NCBI GenBank assembly: GCA_050273025.1
Contig: CP158636.1
Location: 1-64,000 of the forward strand
Length of the DNA stretch: 64,000 bases
Source of the DNA: Cenococcum geophilum
Taxonomy: Eukaryota
Direction of reading: 5' to 3'
Below the pieces are notes generated by a model. The model was not told the origin of the DNA. It did not search any database and saw only the letters and a list, made by a program, of their open reading frames with translations. Position 1 is the first letter of the stretch. Each line of letters begins with the position of its first letter. Made by a program: the position numbers and the translations under genes. Shown piece by piece: positions 13,650 through 27,099 of the stretch.

Positions 13650-16600
13650 AAAGGAAAGACTCTCTATATTATTATTAAGCTAAAAATAACACTTCCTATA
13701 AATAAGGTATAATAGTTCTAAGCACTATATAATAGTGGCGCTAAAATTAATCTTATATAATATAATTTAGTAAAAGAGTATAAACTTATCCTATTATAAA
13801 GGTGGCGGAAACCTATTATAGGCTTCCTAGATAAGCATTAAATTAAACTATATAGTGCCTATAAGCTTATAGTATTAGTAGCCGATATATATAACTATAC
13901 TAAGGTAGTTAGCCCGCAACCCTTCTAGGCGGCTAACTTTATAGGTTATAACCTTATCTTTAAATACCCTTAGCTAGCAGAAGCAGATCCTAAAATATAC
14001 TTTAAAACTAAAGCCTTTAAATAGTAGAATAATAAAGATTTAAAAGGGCGTATATTACTAATAAGCCTAAAGGACATTCTAGAGAATATAGCCCTAGGCG
14101 AAATAGTATACGCTTTATATCTAAAGGAGTATTAAATCTAACCCCTATTTAGTAGCAAGATAGGTATAGAGCCTAGTATAGGTAATAACCCCTCTATAAT
14201 AGAGACCCTATAGGAAACTGCTAGATAGGTTACGGAGATATTATAGGGAGGTGGCGATCTTAAGGATCTTATAAGATACTTTAACCGCTATAGATTACTC
14301 TAGCTTAAGCAATATATAAAGAGTATACTACGGCACCTTAAACGCTACGTTAAGGAGTTCCCTACCCTCTATTAGCTACTGTATAAAACAGTTTAATATA
14401 TAGTAGCAACTATATATAAGCAACTACTATAGCGTATAACGCTATCTATAAGTATCTTAAGGGAGCTCTAGGACCTACTTAATAATAATATAAAGGATAA
14501 ACGTAACCCCGATTTATTAAATATCCTAGTAGGCCTAAGGGACTTACTAAGGGTATTTTTAGGTAGGAGAGTAAAAGTCCTACCGTAAAACTTAAAGTAC
14601 GATTATATAATTAATTTAGAAGAAGGTAAATAACCGCTAAACCTTTCTATCTATAACCTTTTGCGTAAAGAGCTTAAGATCCTATAGAAGTACCTTAATA
14701 GGTCACTAAAAAAGGGGTAAATCCGGCCTAATAAGTTACTATTAGGCGCATTAATCCTCTTTATTCTAAAACTAGATGGAACTATAAGGCTATACGTAAA
14801 CTATTACGGTCTTAATAAGATTATAATTAAAAACTATTACCTACTACTACTAGTTAGTAAAATACTAGATTAACTATTTAGGGTAAAGATCTTTATAAAG
14901 CTAGATCTATAAAACGCCTACTATAGGCTCTGTATTAAAGAAGGGGATAAGTAAAAAACCGCTTTTAAGACCTAATACGGCCACTTTAAGTATCTAGTAA
15001 TGCCTTTTAGGCTAGCTAATACGCCTACGATATTCTAATTATATATTTATAGAGCCTTAGGGGGACTAGTTAACTATATATACGTTATCTATTTAGATAA
15101 TATCTTAATCTACTTAGAAGATAAGGATTAATATAAATAACACGTCCGCGAAGTGCTAGAACGTTTAGATAATTAGGGCCTCTACGCTAAGGCGTTAAAG
15201 TATATCTTTAACACTAAGTAGGTTAAGTTCCTAGGTTATATTATAATACCTATAGGTATAGTTATAGACCTAGTATAGGTGTAGATAATTTAGGAGTAGC
15301 TAGAGCTAAAGAGCTACTAAAATGTTTAAGTATTCCTAGGCTTTGCCAATTTCTATAGGCGCTTTATCTATAATTACTTAGACATTACTTAATACCTATT
15401 TAACTATATTACGGAAGCTTCCTAAGACTTAACCTAAGGAGTAAAAAGCTTAAAGGTAGTAAGGAAGAAAACTAAGAAGGGACTAACTAAATAGTATAAG
15501 CTATAGTTATGGCCTAGAAAGGTTTAGGAGGCCTTTTAAGAACTTTATATAAAGTTTACAAAAGCTTTATTACTACGGCATTTTGACCTAAATTAGCTAT
15601 TAATAATAATTACTAATATATTAAATTTTGCCCTTATTAGTATTCTATTATAACCCAATAGGCATCTAGACGCTACCTAGCTCTATTAAAGACTAGTAGT
15701 ATTTTATAGTAGAAAATTCTAGGGACCTAAAGTTAGGTATTATACCCATAATAAAGAACTACTGGCTATAGTTAACTACTTTAAATAGTGGCGATACTAC
15801 CTTAAGCACACAAGCTATACCATTTATATACTCTTAGATTACTATAATCTACACTACTTTATAACTATAAAGGAGCTTATACTTTAATAAGCTAGATAGG
15901 TAAAGGAGCTTATATAATTTAATTTTAAGATTAAATATAAGCTAGGGGAAAATAACCCTACTAATAGACTGTTATAACGGCTAGATTATACTAAAGGCTT
16001 TAAAATAGGAGAAGGAAAACAGATAATAAATATCTTACTCCCTATATTATAGAACAAGCTCCGGGTATAAGATGCTTAAGTACCTATAGCTCTATATATT
16101 AAGTCTTAGGCAGTATAAGCCCTATTAGTTTCTACTAACGTTTTAACTAGTACCTAGTCCGTTACCAATAAGGGTCCGAATATACCTAAATAGGACATCC
16201 CTAATATATTCTTAGAACCTAGTAATATACTATCTCTAATTACTAAGCTATCCCCTTAAATAAATAGTAAAGCTATAGAGCAATTGGAACTCGGAGCCCT
16301 ATAATAACTAAAGGACTTTAACCTTATAGCGGCCTTCCTAATATATACGTATTAAAGAGTTATAAGATCTATAGTACCATCTAGTCTTATACTTAGAGTA
16401 GTATAGAATAAAATAGCTTTTACCTAAAAACTATTTAAAGGGTTAATGGATTTTATCTATAAGGTATAATAGAGGAACGTTTTTTATACCATTTTTAATA
16501 TAAAAGTAGACCAGAAATGTAATAGAAAGGAAGCTATTAGGTGCTACTATTAGAAACTAGACCTAATAGGCCTACTATATAAAGGTAGTAAGGTTTAGGT

Positions 16601-18050
16601 GCTATAAAAAGCAAATCTACAACAGAAGATTTTTATAAAGAATTACAATAATCCTTTAGGCGGCCACTATAGTTAAGCAAAGATAGTAAAATTACTTTAG
16701 TGTAAATACTATTAGCTAAGGCTTAATTAGGAAGTAAAGAAGTATATTAGCTATTATAAGAAGTGTTAAGTATATAAAATCCATAGGCACAAGCTATAGG
16801 GTCTACTTAAATTAGTTCCCCCCGCTAGTAAACTATAGCGACATTACGCTATAGACTTTATTACGGATCTCCCGCTATCTAAAGATAGCTAAGGATAAAT
16901 ATATAATTCGGTCCTTATACTTATTAATAGGTTTTTAAAGTATATCTAATACCTTCTTATTAATAAGACAATTAATATATAAGAGCTCACCAACCTAATT
17001 AAGGAGAAATGCTTTCTTAAAGTAGATTAGCCGCACTCTATTATTACTAATAGGGGCAGCGTCTTTATAAGTTAGTACTGGTTAGATCTATACTTCTATT
17101 TAAAGATAAACCACTAGTATAGTACGGCTTTTTACCTATAAATAGATAGGTAAATAGAACGCTAAAATTAGGAACTAAAGTCTTACCTATAGATATATTT
17201 AAACTACTAGTAAGATAACTAGTGCGAGCTACTTCCGTACGCGGAGTACGCTTATAATTTAAAGTAATATATATTATATAAGTATGCACTAATCCAGATT
17301 ACCTATAGCATTTAACTATTTAAGTTTAATAGTATACCTAACAATTACTAGCTAAGGCCGTATAATTAGTTATAGGATTTTACCGGGAAGTTTAAGGATA
17401 TCTACTAAAGAGTATAAGGATACCTTTAGGAATAGAAGAAGTAATAAAAGTATGCAAAATAGAGCCTATAAGATGCCTAAAAGTAATAAAGACTTTAGTA
17501 CAACTATAAGCACTAGGATAAGCATTTTAAAGTAGGCGATAAGGTTCTATTATATTTAACAAATATTAAGACCTATTAACTATTAAAGAAGCTTAATATA
17601 AGATACCTAGGTCCCTTTTAAGTCAAGAAATAAATTAGTAAGCTAGCCTATTATCTCTAGCTACCCCTATCTATAGCCTATATATATCTAGTATTTTATA
17701 TAAACCTACTAGAGCTATAGTATAGACCACCGCTAGAAAAGAACTTCTATCTAAGTCTAATTAAACACCCTAAAGTGGTAGGCGAGTAGTATAAGGTTAA
17801 GGCTATATTATACTATAAGTCTATTAAAAACAAGCTTTAATTTAAAGTTAAATAGCTAGGCTAGCCCACTAAGGACTCTATATAGGAACTAGAGGATTAC
17901 CTTAATTATTATAAAGATATTTTAAAAGAATATTAGGACTAAGGTCTATAATCTATAAGTTATAAAAAGCGCTCTAATACTATAGTATTATCGCGACCTA
18001 TAAAGAAAGCTTATAAAAAGAGTAAATAGGTTAAATTAGATATAAAATAG
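13650..18050 (+). pseudogene. pol: Gypsy pol relic (protease, RT, RNase H, integrase, chromodomain)
   Basis: DSGAEINLI (~13730); RLCVDYRGLN (~14790); YLVMPFGLANAP (~14990); YLD(D>N)ILIY (~15090); TDASNFA (~15612); DFITDLP (~16854); chromodomain YEVEAIL...VKWLGWPTEDSTWEP (~17790-17895). Confidence 0.95.
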
Positions 18051-20639
18051 ACAGGCTCCAAAAACTATAGAGATAGGGCTATAGCCTAAGGCAGGATAGG
18101 TCCTTAGCCTTTTCATATATATAGTATAGAGTTAATAGGGCATTTTACTAGAATTACATTCCTATTTATTAATCTATACTAAGAATATTATTCCTAGGGC
18201 TTTTAAGCCCTTTTTAAAAGCCTTATAAGGCCTTCCTAAACACCTAATCAAGGTCCTTAATTACTACTATATATAAGAATAAATCCTAAAAGTTTAAACT
18301 ATAAATGCCTAATCTAAAAAGCCACTACGCCTCATTATTAGAAGTAGGATTAGTATCTATTAGGCTATTAAGTAATAGCTAACAAAAATAAAATCTAGAT
18401 GCCTTAGTAGGTATATAAATAGGTATAAAATAGGGGTAGAATAATAAGGTATAGCTAGAGCAGAGACTCTTAAACGCTTAATACTAATATTAGGTCTAAA
18501 CTAATACTAATAAAGCTCTTATAGCGTAAGCTTATAGTTAATAAAGATACGCTTAAGCCTAGAATAAACAAAGATATTAACTAGCTGGTATAGTCTAAAA
18601 CTACTAAAACCTTATTATAGTAACTATTAGTTACCTATCTAGTAGGTATCTAAAGGATAACCTACCTAATAACGCATTATATTATACTCTTTTAAAACTT
18701 AACGCGTATACGCAAACTTCTTCCTATAATAGATAGCAACCTTCTTCTTATCACCCCTATTCCTTACCCTATCCTTAGTATACTAACCTTACTCTTATAT
18801 TAGGCGTTACTAGCTAGCTTACTAAAAATTATAAGTAGTATAGATAGCCGTAGCATAGTCTTGAATTCGGCTAAGTTATTTAGCATTTACGCTAGAATAA
18901 GAGAGAGCCTAGGCAATATAGTAGTTAAGGATATTAAAGGAACATTGCTACTTAGGCCTAGGCTATTAAAGCTTAAAGTTAGTAATGAAAATTTATTAAG
19001 AATAGAAAAGCTTACCTTAATATAACTGCCGCTCTTAGTATATATATATTAATTATAAGGACTAAAAGTATTAGATCTAATATAGTATATCTTATTATAA
19101 GCCTCCAAAATCCTATTATTAGATTTCTGGTCTTTTAAAGATATATAGGCAAAATCATTTAGGTAGGACTAGTACTAGTTATAAGTTAATAGAGGTTAGG
19201 GTTCTATATATAAAGGTAGGGCTAGGATATACTATAGAATCTACTTAGAAGAGTAGTTAATAGGAGAATAAAGAGGCATATTAAATTATTAATAGAAAAA
19301 AAGAAAATCTTAATAATATATTAAAGATACGTCTAAAATTAAACGAAGGTTAATAATGGGAAAGTAAGGTATTAAGGAAAAGGAGCTATTTAATAAGTAA
19401 AGGTATCCTTATACTTTACTATCTAATACCCTTTTAGTAAATAGCCGTAACCTTACCAATATAACTCCGTTATAATAGCGCTATTTAAAAAAAAGGAAAC
19501 ACGCGTATAAGTTATTTAACTATTACTTCCTTATAAAAACTAACTACGCGGCTAGGGGAAGGTAATTAAAATATTAAATTAAAAACGTATATAGGTTAAA
19601 TTAGACCTAAAACGATACTATAGTATTAAAGAATAACATTATAGACGTTTTTAACAATTGTATAATAGCTACAATTACTATTATAAAATGTCCCTATTTG
19701 CTAGGTAATAGAGCTATACTAAATATATAGTATAGGACCACTAGATTTAAAACTATATATACTAAATCTTAAGAGATAAGTCTCTTTAACTAACTAATTA
19801 ATACCTTAACCGTATCTAATAGCCTAAGGGTAAATACAGAAGTAATATATTAGTAATATAGAGGATTATAAGAAAAGGATTATAAAAAAGAATTATAAAC
19901 TATATTTTAGCAGTTAAAGACAATAGCAAGCTAAGGCTCTATATATTAAATCCTATACTAAAAGGTTCTACAGAACTATATTAGAATATTAAATTACCTA
20001 TAATACTTATAATTAATTATAGACTAGTATAAAGGCTTAGAAGCAGAGTTATATAAAAATCCCTATATTAGCCTAGGTAGTTACTAGTATACTTCTAATA
20101 GACTTCTAATAGGTCTTCTAGTAATCCTCACATCTTTTCTCTAATTACGTTTTTCCCTTATTAAGGTTTTTTAGAAGTTTAAAGTAGGGGTTAAATAGAT
20201 AGATAATATATAGCAATATACTAATACCTCTCTAATATCTCTCCGAACCTCTTTTAGGACAAGCCCTTATAATCTCCTTACTATAAGGTAATAGTAATCG
20301 GGGGCTAACTATAAGAAGGGGGGGGGTAATATAAGGGATATTATTGCGAATACCTTAAGTTACCCTTAGGACAACCCCTAAACGCCCCTTAGATAGTTAC
20401 TAGTTACGTACTAGAGGTATATACCTATAGTATATAGTCTTTATAATCCTAGAGGCCTTACCTCCTTAAGGATTCGTCTCTCTTACCAATTTATCTTATT
20501 CTAATCATGTCCTTATAGCCCCCTATCTATAAGATCCCCTTATAATATCTACTTACCTATTAGTATCTCCCTACTTATACCTACCTATTTATAGTACCTT
20601 AATTTAATTAATTAATTAAATTATTTATAGTATTTACTA

Positions 20640-21310
20640 ACTAGTTATTATTATCTAGCTCTTATAATAGTTATTTAGTTCTAGTAACGATTATCTAGCT
20701 CTAGTAATAATAGTCTAGCTTTAGTAACAGTAGTCTAGTTTTAGCGATAGTCCTCTTTTACCTACCTACTTACCTATATTAGTATATAATTTAATTTAGG
20801 GGAGGGGTCGGCCTAATTAAAGGCCCTAATTATATTTAAACAGGTGCCTCCCTAAAAGGCCTTAATTTAATTTAGTAATAGGCCAATATTAAAGCTTTAG
20901 TTTAATTTAATTAATTAATTAATTAAATTATTCGTAGTATTTACTAGCTAGTTATTTAAACGGTTATTATCTAGTTTTAGTAACGGTTATCTAGTTCTAG
21001 TAATAGTTATCTAGCTTTAGTAACAGTCGTCTAGCTCTAAAAACAGTTATTTAGCTTTAGTAATAGTTATCTAGTTCTAGTAATAGTTATCTAGTTTTAG
21101 TAACAGTTATCTAGTTTTAGCAACAGTTATTTAGTAACAGCGACGGTTATCTAGTTTTAGTAATAGTTGTTTAATTCTAGTAATAGTTATCTAGTTTTAA
21201 TAACAGTTATCTAGCTCTAATAACGGTTATCTAGTTTTAGTAACAGTTATCTAGTTCTAGCAATAGTCGTCTAGTTTTAGCAATAGTCGTTTAGTTCTAG
21301 TAATAGTTCT
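20640..21310. repeat. 20-bp minisatellite (TAGTAATAGTTATCTAGTTC)n in two blocks (~20640-20750, ~20960-21310)
   Basis: Visible tandem units with transition variants. Confidence 0.9.
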
Positions 21311-21429
21311 TTACTAGCTGCTATTCTAGTACCTCCTTAAGTAGGGAGGATATAAGGAAGGAAGAATAGATAAAAAAAAATAAGGTAGCTATATAGGAGA
21401 GGCTATTAAGAATATAGTAGGGACCTAAT

Positions 21430-21760
21430 ATAGAGCTTTGTATAGAGCCTCTATACGTAAAGCTTTATATAAAGCCTTATATAGAGCCTTTATATATAGA
21501 GCTTTATATAGAGCTTTATATAGAGCCTCTATATATAAAGCTTTATATAAAGCCTTTATACGTAGAGCTTTATATAGAGCTTTATATAGAGCTTTATATA
21601 GAGCTTTATATAAAGCCTTTATATATAGAGCTTCACGCAGAGCCTTATATAGAGCCTTTATATATAGAGCTTTATATAGAGCTTCGTATAGAGCTTTATA
21701 TAGAGCTTTATATAGAGCTTTATATAGAGCTTTATATAAAGCCTTATATAGAGCCTTTAA
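21430..21760. repeat. 12-bp minisatellite (TTTATATAGAGC)n
   Basis: Visible tandem units; gives spurious ORF 21438-21764 (RALY repeats). Confidence 0.92.
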
Positions 21761-23854
21761 GTAATAAAACTATATAAAAATTTATTTACGTAATTAGTAT
21801 ATAACTTTACCTTAATTACATATTAAGGAATATATAGTTAGCTTTTAAAGTTGTTAAATAGGTTAACTGCGTATTAAGAAATATACAGTTAGCTATTAAG
21901 TAGGTTAACTACATATTAAGAAATATATAGTTAGCTTTTAAAGTTATTAAATAGGTTAACTGCGTGTTATTTAACTTTTAGATATATTAAATTAGTTAAT
22001 TACATATTAAGTTAGTTAATTGCGTATTAAGTTAGTTAAATTATATATTAATTACACAAAATGCAAAAACTAAAGTCTACTTAAATCTTATTCTGCGAAT
22101 ATTTTCCTAATAAAGTCTTAAAATAGGTCTCTAAATTAGACGTCTAAAGGATACTAAAAGCCTTAATTATATAATGCGGAGCCTTAATTAATTATATAGA
22201 TATAAAGCTTTAATAAAATAACTATATAGCTAGAGTCTTAATTAATTATCTATAGATGCAGAGCCTATAGATATAGAACTTAGGTTATACGTATAGTAGA
22301 AAACACCTTAAGTTAAGCTAGGGCCTTAGTTAAATCCTAATTAGTTAAACGCCGCCTATATAAGTTAAGTTATTAAATTAGAGCCTTTAGTTAGGCTAAC
22401 CTAATACCCTATTTAAACATTAGTTAATTATATAGTTATAGTTAAATTAAATTAGTTACTTATTACTATTAGATATCTTTAATTAGTAATTAAAGATCTT
22501 ATAATAGTAGATACATAGGTATATAGATACTAGGCCTAATTAGGAAACTAATATATAGCTAAAAGAATATTAGAAGTATAGCTAATTAATATCTTAGAGC
22601 CTTTATAAAAGCTTTTTCCCTTAGCTATTCCCCCTTTATTAATTAATTACTACCTATCTTAACGCCTATAGATTAGTTAACTAAAACGATTTTTCCTATA
22701 AATATAGATATAGAGCTTTATATAGAGTCTTATATAAAGTTATATATAGACCCTATAGATATAGAGTAGGTATAGAGCCTTAATTAGATAACTGTATAGT
22801 AGCTTAACTAGACGCCTATAGATATAAAGCCTTAATTAAACGGTAGATATAGAACCTTAGTTAATTAGACGTTTATATAAAAGCTTTAATTAACTATCTA
22901 TAGATATAAAGCCCTAGTTATATATATAGTAGAAAATACCTTAAGTTAAGCTAGAGCCTTATTAAGTCTAAATTAGCTAAACACTATCTCCGTATTTAAA
23001 TTAGAATAATTAGGGCCTTTAACTAGGCTAACTTTCTACCTTAATTAAATAACCGAATAATTAGTTATAGTATATCGTCGCTAACTAATTAGTCTTTAGC
23101 TAATAGTTAAGGTAACTATATACGTATATATATAAATATAGATATAGATATAGACGTAGATATAAACGTAGAATATATAATATAGAGCTACTAATATATA
23201 GCTAGATGTGTAGCTAGATATATAGCTAGATATAGGGCCTAATATAACGCTATAGATAAAGCCTTAATTAAGAGCTATATATAATGCAGACTAATACAAA
23301 GCTAGATATAGAGTCTTAATATTAAACAACTAGCCGAATTACTAAGTCGGGTTATAGCCTCTACTATCTTAATTAACTGCCCTACTACCGCCGTTACTAC
23401 TACTGCTATTCCGTCTAACTATTTTATCCCTACTATCTTAACTAATTACTCTATCTCTACTATTTTAGATCTATACTATTACTAAATCTATTTTACTACT
23501 AAATCTACTAAATCTACTATAACGCCTAACTATTTTAACTAACTTATTCCGTTCTAGTTTCTATTAACTACTATTTTAACTAATTTATTCTACTACTACT
23601 AACTAGCTATTCTACTACTACTATTACTACTATTACTATTCCAACTGTTCCGTTCTATTATTCTAATTATTTTACTACTACTATTTTTACTAACTACTAT
23701 TAACTAACTACTACTAACTGTCTACTACTAACTATTTACTACTACTAAGATTTCTATTACTAAAAATTCTACTACTAAATATTCTACTATTTACTAACTA
23801 TTACCGAATTCTTTTATTAAGTATTTTACCGCGCTAACTATCTGCCGTATTACT

Positions 23855-23940
23855 ATTGCTACTACTATTACTATTACTACTGTTACTACTATTACTACTA
23901 TTACTACTATTACTACTATTACTACTATTACTACTACCGT
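23855..23940. repeat. (ACTATT)n microsatellite within a wider ACT-rich tract (~23350-23960)
   Basis: Directly visible. Confidence 0.9.
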
Positions 23941-24163
23941 TATTATTTCTAGTTTACTACTATCCTAATTACTAGGTTAGATCTTAGCTATAGGTAATAG
24001 AGGGGCACTATAAAACAGTTTTATAGGAAAGCTAAAGATAGGGTTATCTAAGTTCTTTTAGGGGTGTGCTTTTCTTTTTCTATTTTACTTTTACTTTACT
24101 TTTATTTAGCTATTCTTTTATAATATAGAACGTTAGGGGATAATATTCTTAATAGGGGAGGTA

Positions 24164-24412
24164 TATAGTAGGGTAAAATAGGCCACTACTTAGTACCTTA
24201 GCATTTTCCTATATATATTAAGCCTTTAGCTTCTCTTCTTCTCTATATTATAACTAACTAGGAATATATTCTTTCCTTTCTTCTTACTAATTACTTTCTT
24301 ACTAATTAATTATAACTAATTAACTAACTAACTAATTAACTAACTAACCGACCAATAGATAGATAAACAGCACTATAACTTTCCTATCTAAGAGTAGTTG
24401 TACCCTCCTATA
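24164..24412 (+). repeat. 3' LTR of outer LTR element
   Basis: Preceded by PPT (24152-24163), followed by TSD CTAT. Confidence 0.93.
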
Positions 24413-24416
24413 CTAT

Positions 24417-25190
24417 TTCTAACTATTTAGCATACTATTAAAAATGCTAATATTAGTATACTAAGGCGCCTTATTAACCCTCTTATTATCTACTTTTTTA
24501 GCGCGGCCTAGTATAACTATAACTATAAAATGTTATTCTATTAATAAAATCTCTCCCTAGTAAATACTCCTAAATTATAATATATAATACTATCTTTTAG
24601 GTTTATAAACTAGCTTAATAGGGCTACTATATATAAAGTAATTAACCTTAGGCTTAAGTATCTTAATAGTAGCTATAAAATTAAAATAAAGTGTTATAAG
24701 AACTTAACCTATAATATAGATATTATATTTAATTAAGTATATCTATTTAATACTTAGGTTAGGGCATTATATAAAAAAGTAGAGGCTATATTTATTAAGT
24801 ATATACCTAAGACTTATACTACTACTACTATACTACTAAATATATTTTTACTCGCTTATACTTTCTTTACTTTAAATTTAGCCAAACTATAAAGTATTAA
24901 GTAATTAGCTAGTATAAAGTTTTTTAATTTTTATAATATCTTATAAGTAGGTATAGAGGTACTAGCAGATAAGGTTAATTAATTTAACTAGCAGTATATC
25001 TAATAATTAGATACTATTAGGGGGTTATATTTTTTTAGTGCCCTAAATAATTCTAATAGATTTACTAATATAAAAGACTATATAGACTAAATTAAAAAGG
25101 GGTTAGATAAGGTTATTAATCTAATAATTAACCTTATAATAATTAATATAATCAACCTTATAAGAATTATAGTAGCTAATTAATCTTTAG
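24417..25190 (+). pseudogene. Academ-type (DUF6589-like) transposase, 3' part
   Basis: Resumes right after the LTR TSD: KNADIGMLRRLVDPLI.YFFGAAQHNYGREML...AIDLGLEHLNGSCK (DxxxEHxN motif, ~24640-24670). Confidence 0.8.
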
Positions 25191-25759
25191 ACTTTTATAA
25201 ACTCTTATAAACTTTTATAAACTCCTATAAACTTCTATAAACTCCTAAACTAATTAAATACCTATATTTATTAATACTCTAAACTAATATACTAGTAATA
25301 ACTCCCTTAGGCTAAATTTACTTAATCTTTAAACTTTAATAAACTCCTATAAACTCCTAGGCTAATTAAATACCTATATTTTTATTTAACTAAGCTAACT
25401 AATCTATACGAACTTATATATTAAACTTTTATATAAACTTTTATATAAACTTTTATATATAAGGTAATAATAAAACCTAGTAACTATATTTAATTAATAT
25501 CTACCTATACTACCTACTAGGTAACTTTAGGGCTTCTATAACGCCTTATAGTTAGGCTTATATTAAATAGTACTATTATTTAGAATTACCTCTTAGATTA
25601 ATATAGCTAGATTAAAGCTTACTTATAAAGGATATCTTATAGTTAAGCCTATACTAGATAGTATTATTATCTAGGTTTTACCCCTTAAATTAATATAGCT
25701 AGATTAAAGCTTACCTATAAAGAACATACTATAAAAGCTGCTACTTTAGCGCACTAAAG

Positions 25760-26720
25760 TGCTAGAAAGTAATACTAACCCCCCCCTTCTTTCTTTACTT
25801 TTGCCCCCCCCCTTATACTATAATACTACTGCCGCTAAAACCTAGTAGTAAACCACTAAACGGCTTATATACCGCTAAAGACCTTAGCCTAAAAGGTAAA
25901 GGTAAGAGATCCTTAAGGTCCTTACGCTTATACTTTAAAAGGCTATACCTACTAAAATAGGCCGCTACTTAGTAGCGAGTGTAAGTATTCTTAGGCCTTC
26001 TTACCTACTATATACCCTTTTTAAAGTATATCTAATACTCCTTACCTAAAGCTTAGTAAGTAGTATATTAATTACTACCTATTAACTCTACCCCTAATTT
26101 TATCTCTATTATCTAGCTAATATAGCCCTAATCTCTTTATTTATTTAGCCCTATAGCTATTAACCCTACTACTAACTATAACTACTATTTACCTTAAGTA
26201 GTAGGGGTATATAAGGCAGCTATTTTATTATAGGGGGCCTAAGCCTATAGTAGGCGGATAGGGTTAGTATATTAGGTAAGGGTAAACCTAATAGTAGTAA
26301 GGGTAAAGAGGGTAAGGGTAAGAAGGGCTAGAATAGGAGCTAGAGCTAGAGCTAAAGCTAGAGTTAAAGCTAGGGTTAGGGCTAGGGCTAGTAATAATAA
26401 TAGTAGTAGTTTATAAATATATATAAGCTAAGTATATACTATATAGTTATTAATACTTACAGCTCCTTTCCTAACTTCTTACTACTAAACTATTTATTCT
26501 CGTCGTTATTATTATTATTATTATTATTATTAGCGGTAGTAAAAGGTAGTAGCGGTAGTAGTGCTAGTAGTAGTAATACTATTACTACTACTACTGCTAT
26601 TACTATTACTACTACCACTACTACTACTAGAAGGAGAGGATAGTAGTAAAAGTAAGGGCGCCTATTAAAACTAGTTAGTTATATCTTATAGTTAATAGTT
26701 AGAGTTCTAATACTAACTAT
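25760..26720 (-). pseudogene. Third ORF relic inside AcademH, with Ala/Pro and Pro/Tyr low-complexity segments
   Basis: Minus strand reads (PA)n then PSYPYPLYPY..PYP after RIP reversal; tri- and hexanucleotide runs fit homopeptide codons. Confidence 0.4.
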
Positions 26721-27099
26721 ATCTTAATATAAATTTTATTAAACTAAAGCTAGCAATAATAAAGGAGGGCTATAGCCTATAGTATTCTTTCCTTATTAAA
26801 AAGGATATTAAGGGAATATATACGCACCTAAAAAGTAAAAAAAGATATTTTATAAACTTTTTATTTAAAAAAAAAAAGCTTTAATAGGAGATAGTTAATA
26901 AATATAAGTATAAAAAAGAATTTTAAGGTTAAAGATTTAAATAAAATTAGAATTTTAATTTATATTTACTTTAATATTTTTAATTTTTTAAACTATTTTA
27001 AACTTTTAGGCTAATTAAAACTGCGTATAAACTTCTATAAATTCCTATAAACTCCTATAAACTCCTAGGCTATTAAATATCTATATATCTATATAAAAG

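Larger units (their letters stand above)
11626..20544 (+). mobile_element. Full-length chromoviral Ty3/Gypsy LTR retrotransposon (RIP-inactivated)
   Basis: 215-bp LTRs 11626-11840 and 20330-20544 (TATAAGGG...CCCTTATA); 5-bp TSD ATATC; PPT AAGAAGGGGGGGGG (~20313-20326); domain order PR-RT-RH-IN-chromodomain. Confidence 0.97.
6705..24412 (+). mobile_element. Gag-only, apparently non-autonomous LTR retroelement with minisatellite-rich 3' region
   Basis: LTRs 6705-6957 and 24164-24412 (TATAGTAGGG...CCCTCCTATA = RIPed TG...CA); 4-bp TSD CTAT (6701-6704, 24413-24416); polypurine tract AGGGGAGG before the 3' LTR; gag-like relic but no RT, RNase H or integrase motif outside the nested element. Confidence 0.88.

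Noticed and set aside
17065..17289. Minus-strand ORF; likewise 11941-12162, 63529-63738, 33166-33507, 36285-36491, 37047-37316 and 42786-42983
   Set aside because: Antisense shadows of RIPed retroelement, SNF2 or cassette sequences.
21438..21764. 108-aa ORF (RALY repeats)
   Set aside because: Translation of a 12-bp minisatellite.
26330..26392. Interstitial telomere-like hexamers (AGGGTTAGGGCTAGGG)
   Set aside because: Only one true TTAGGG; better explained as RIPed Pro-Ala codon repeats on the minus strand.
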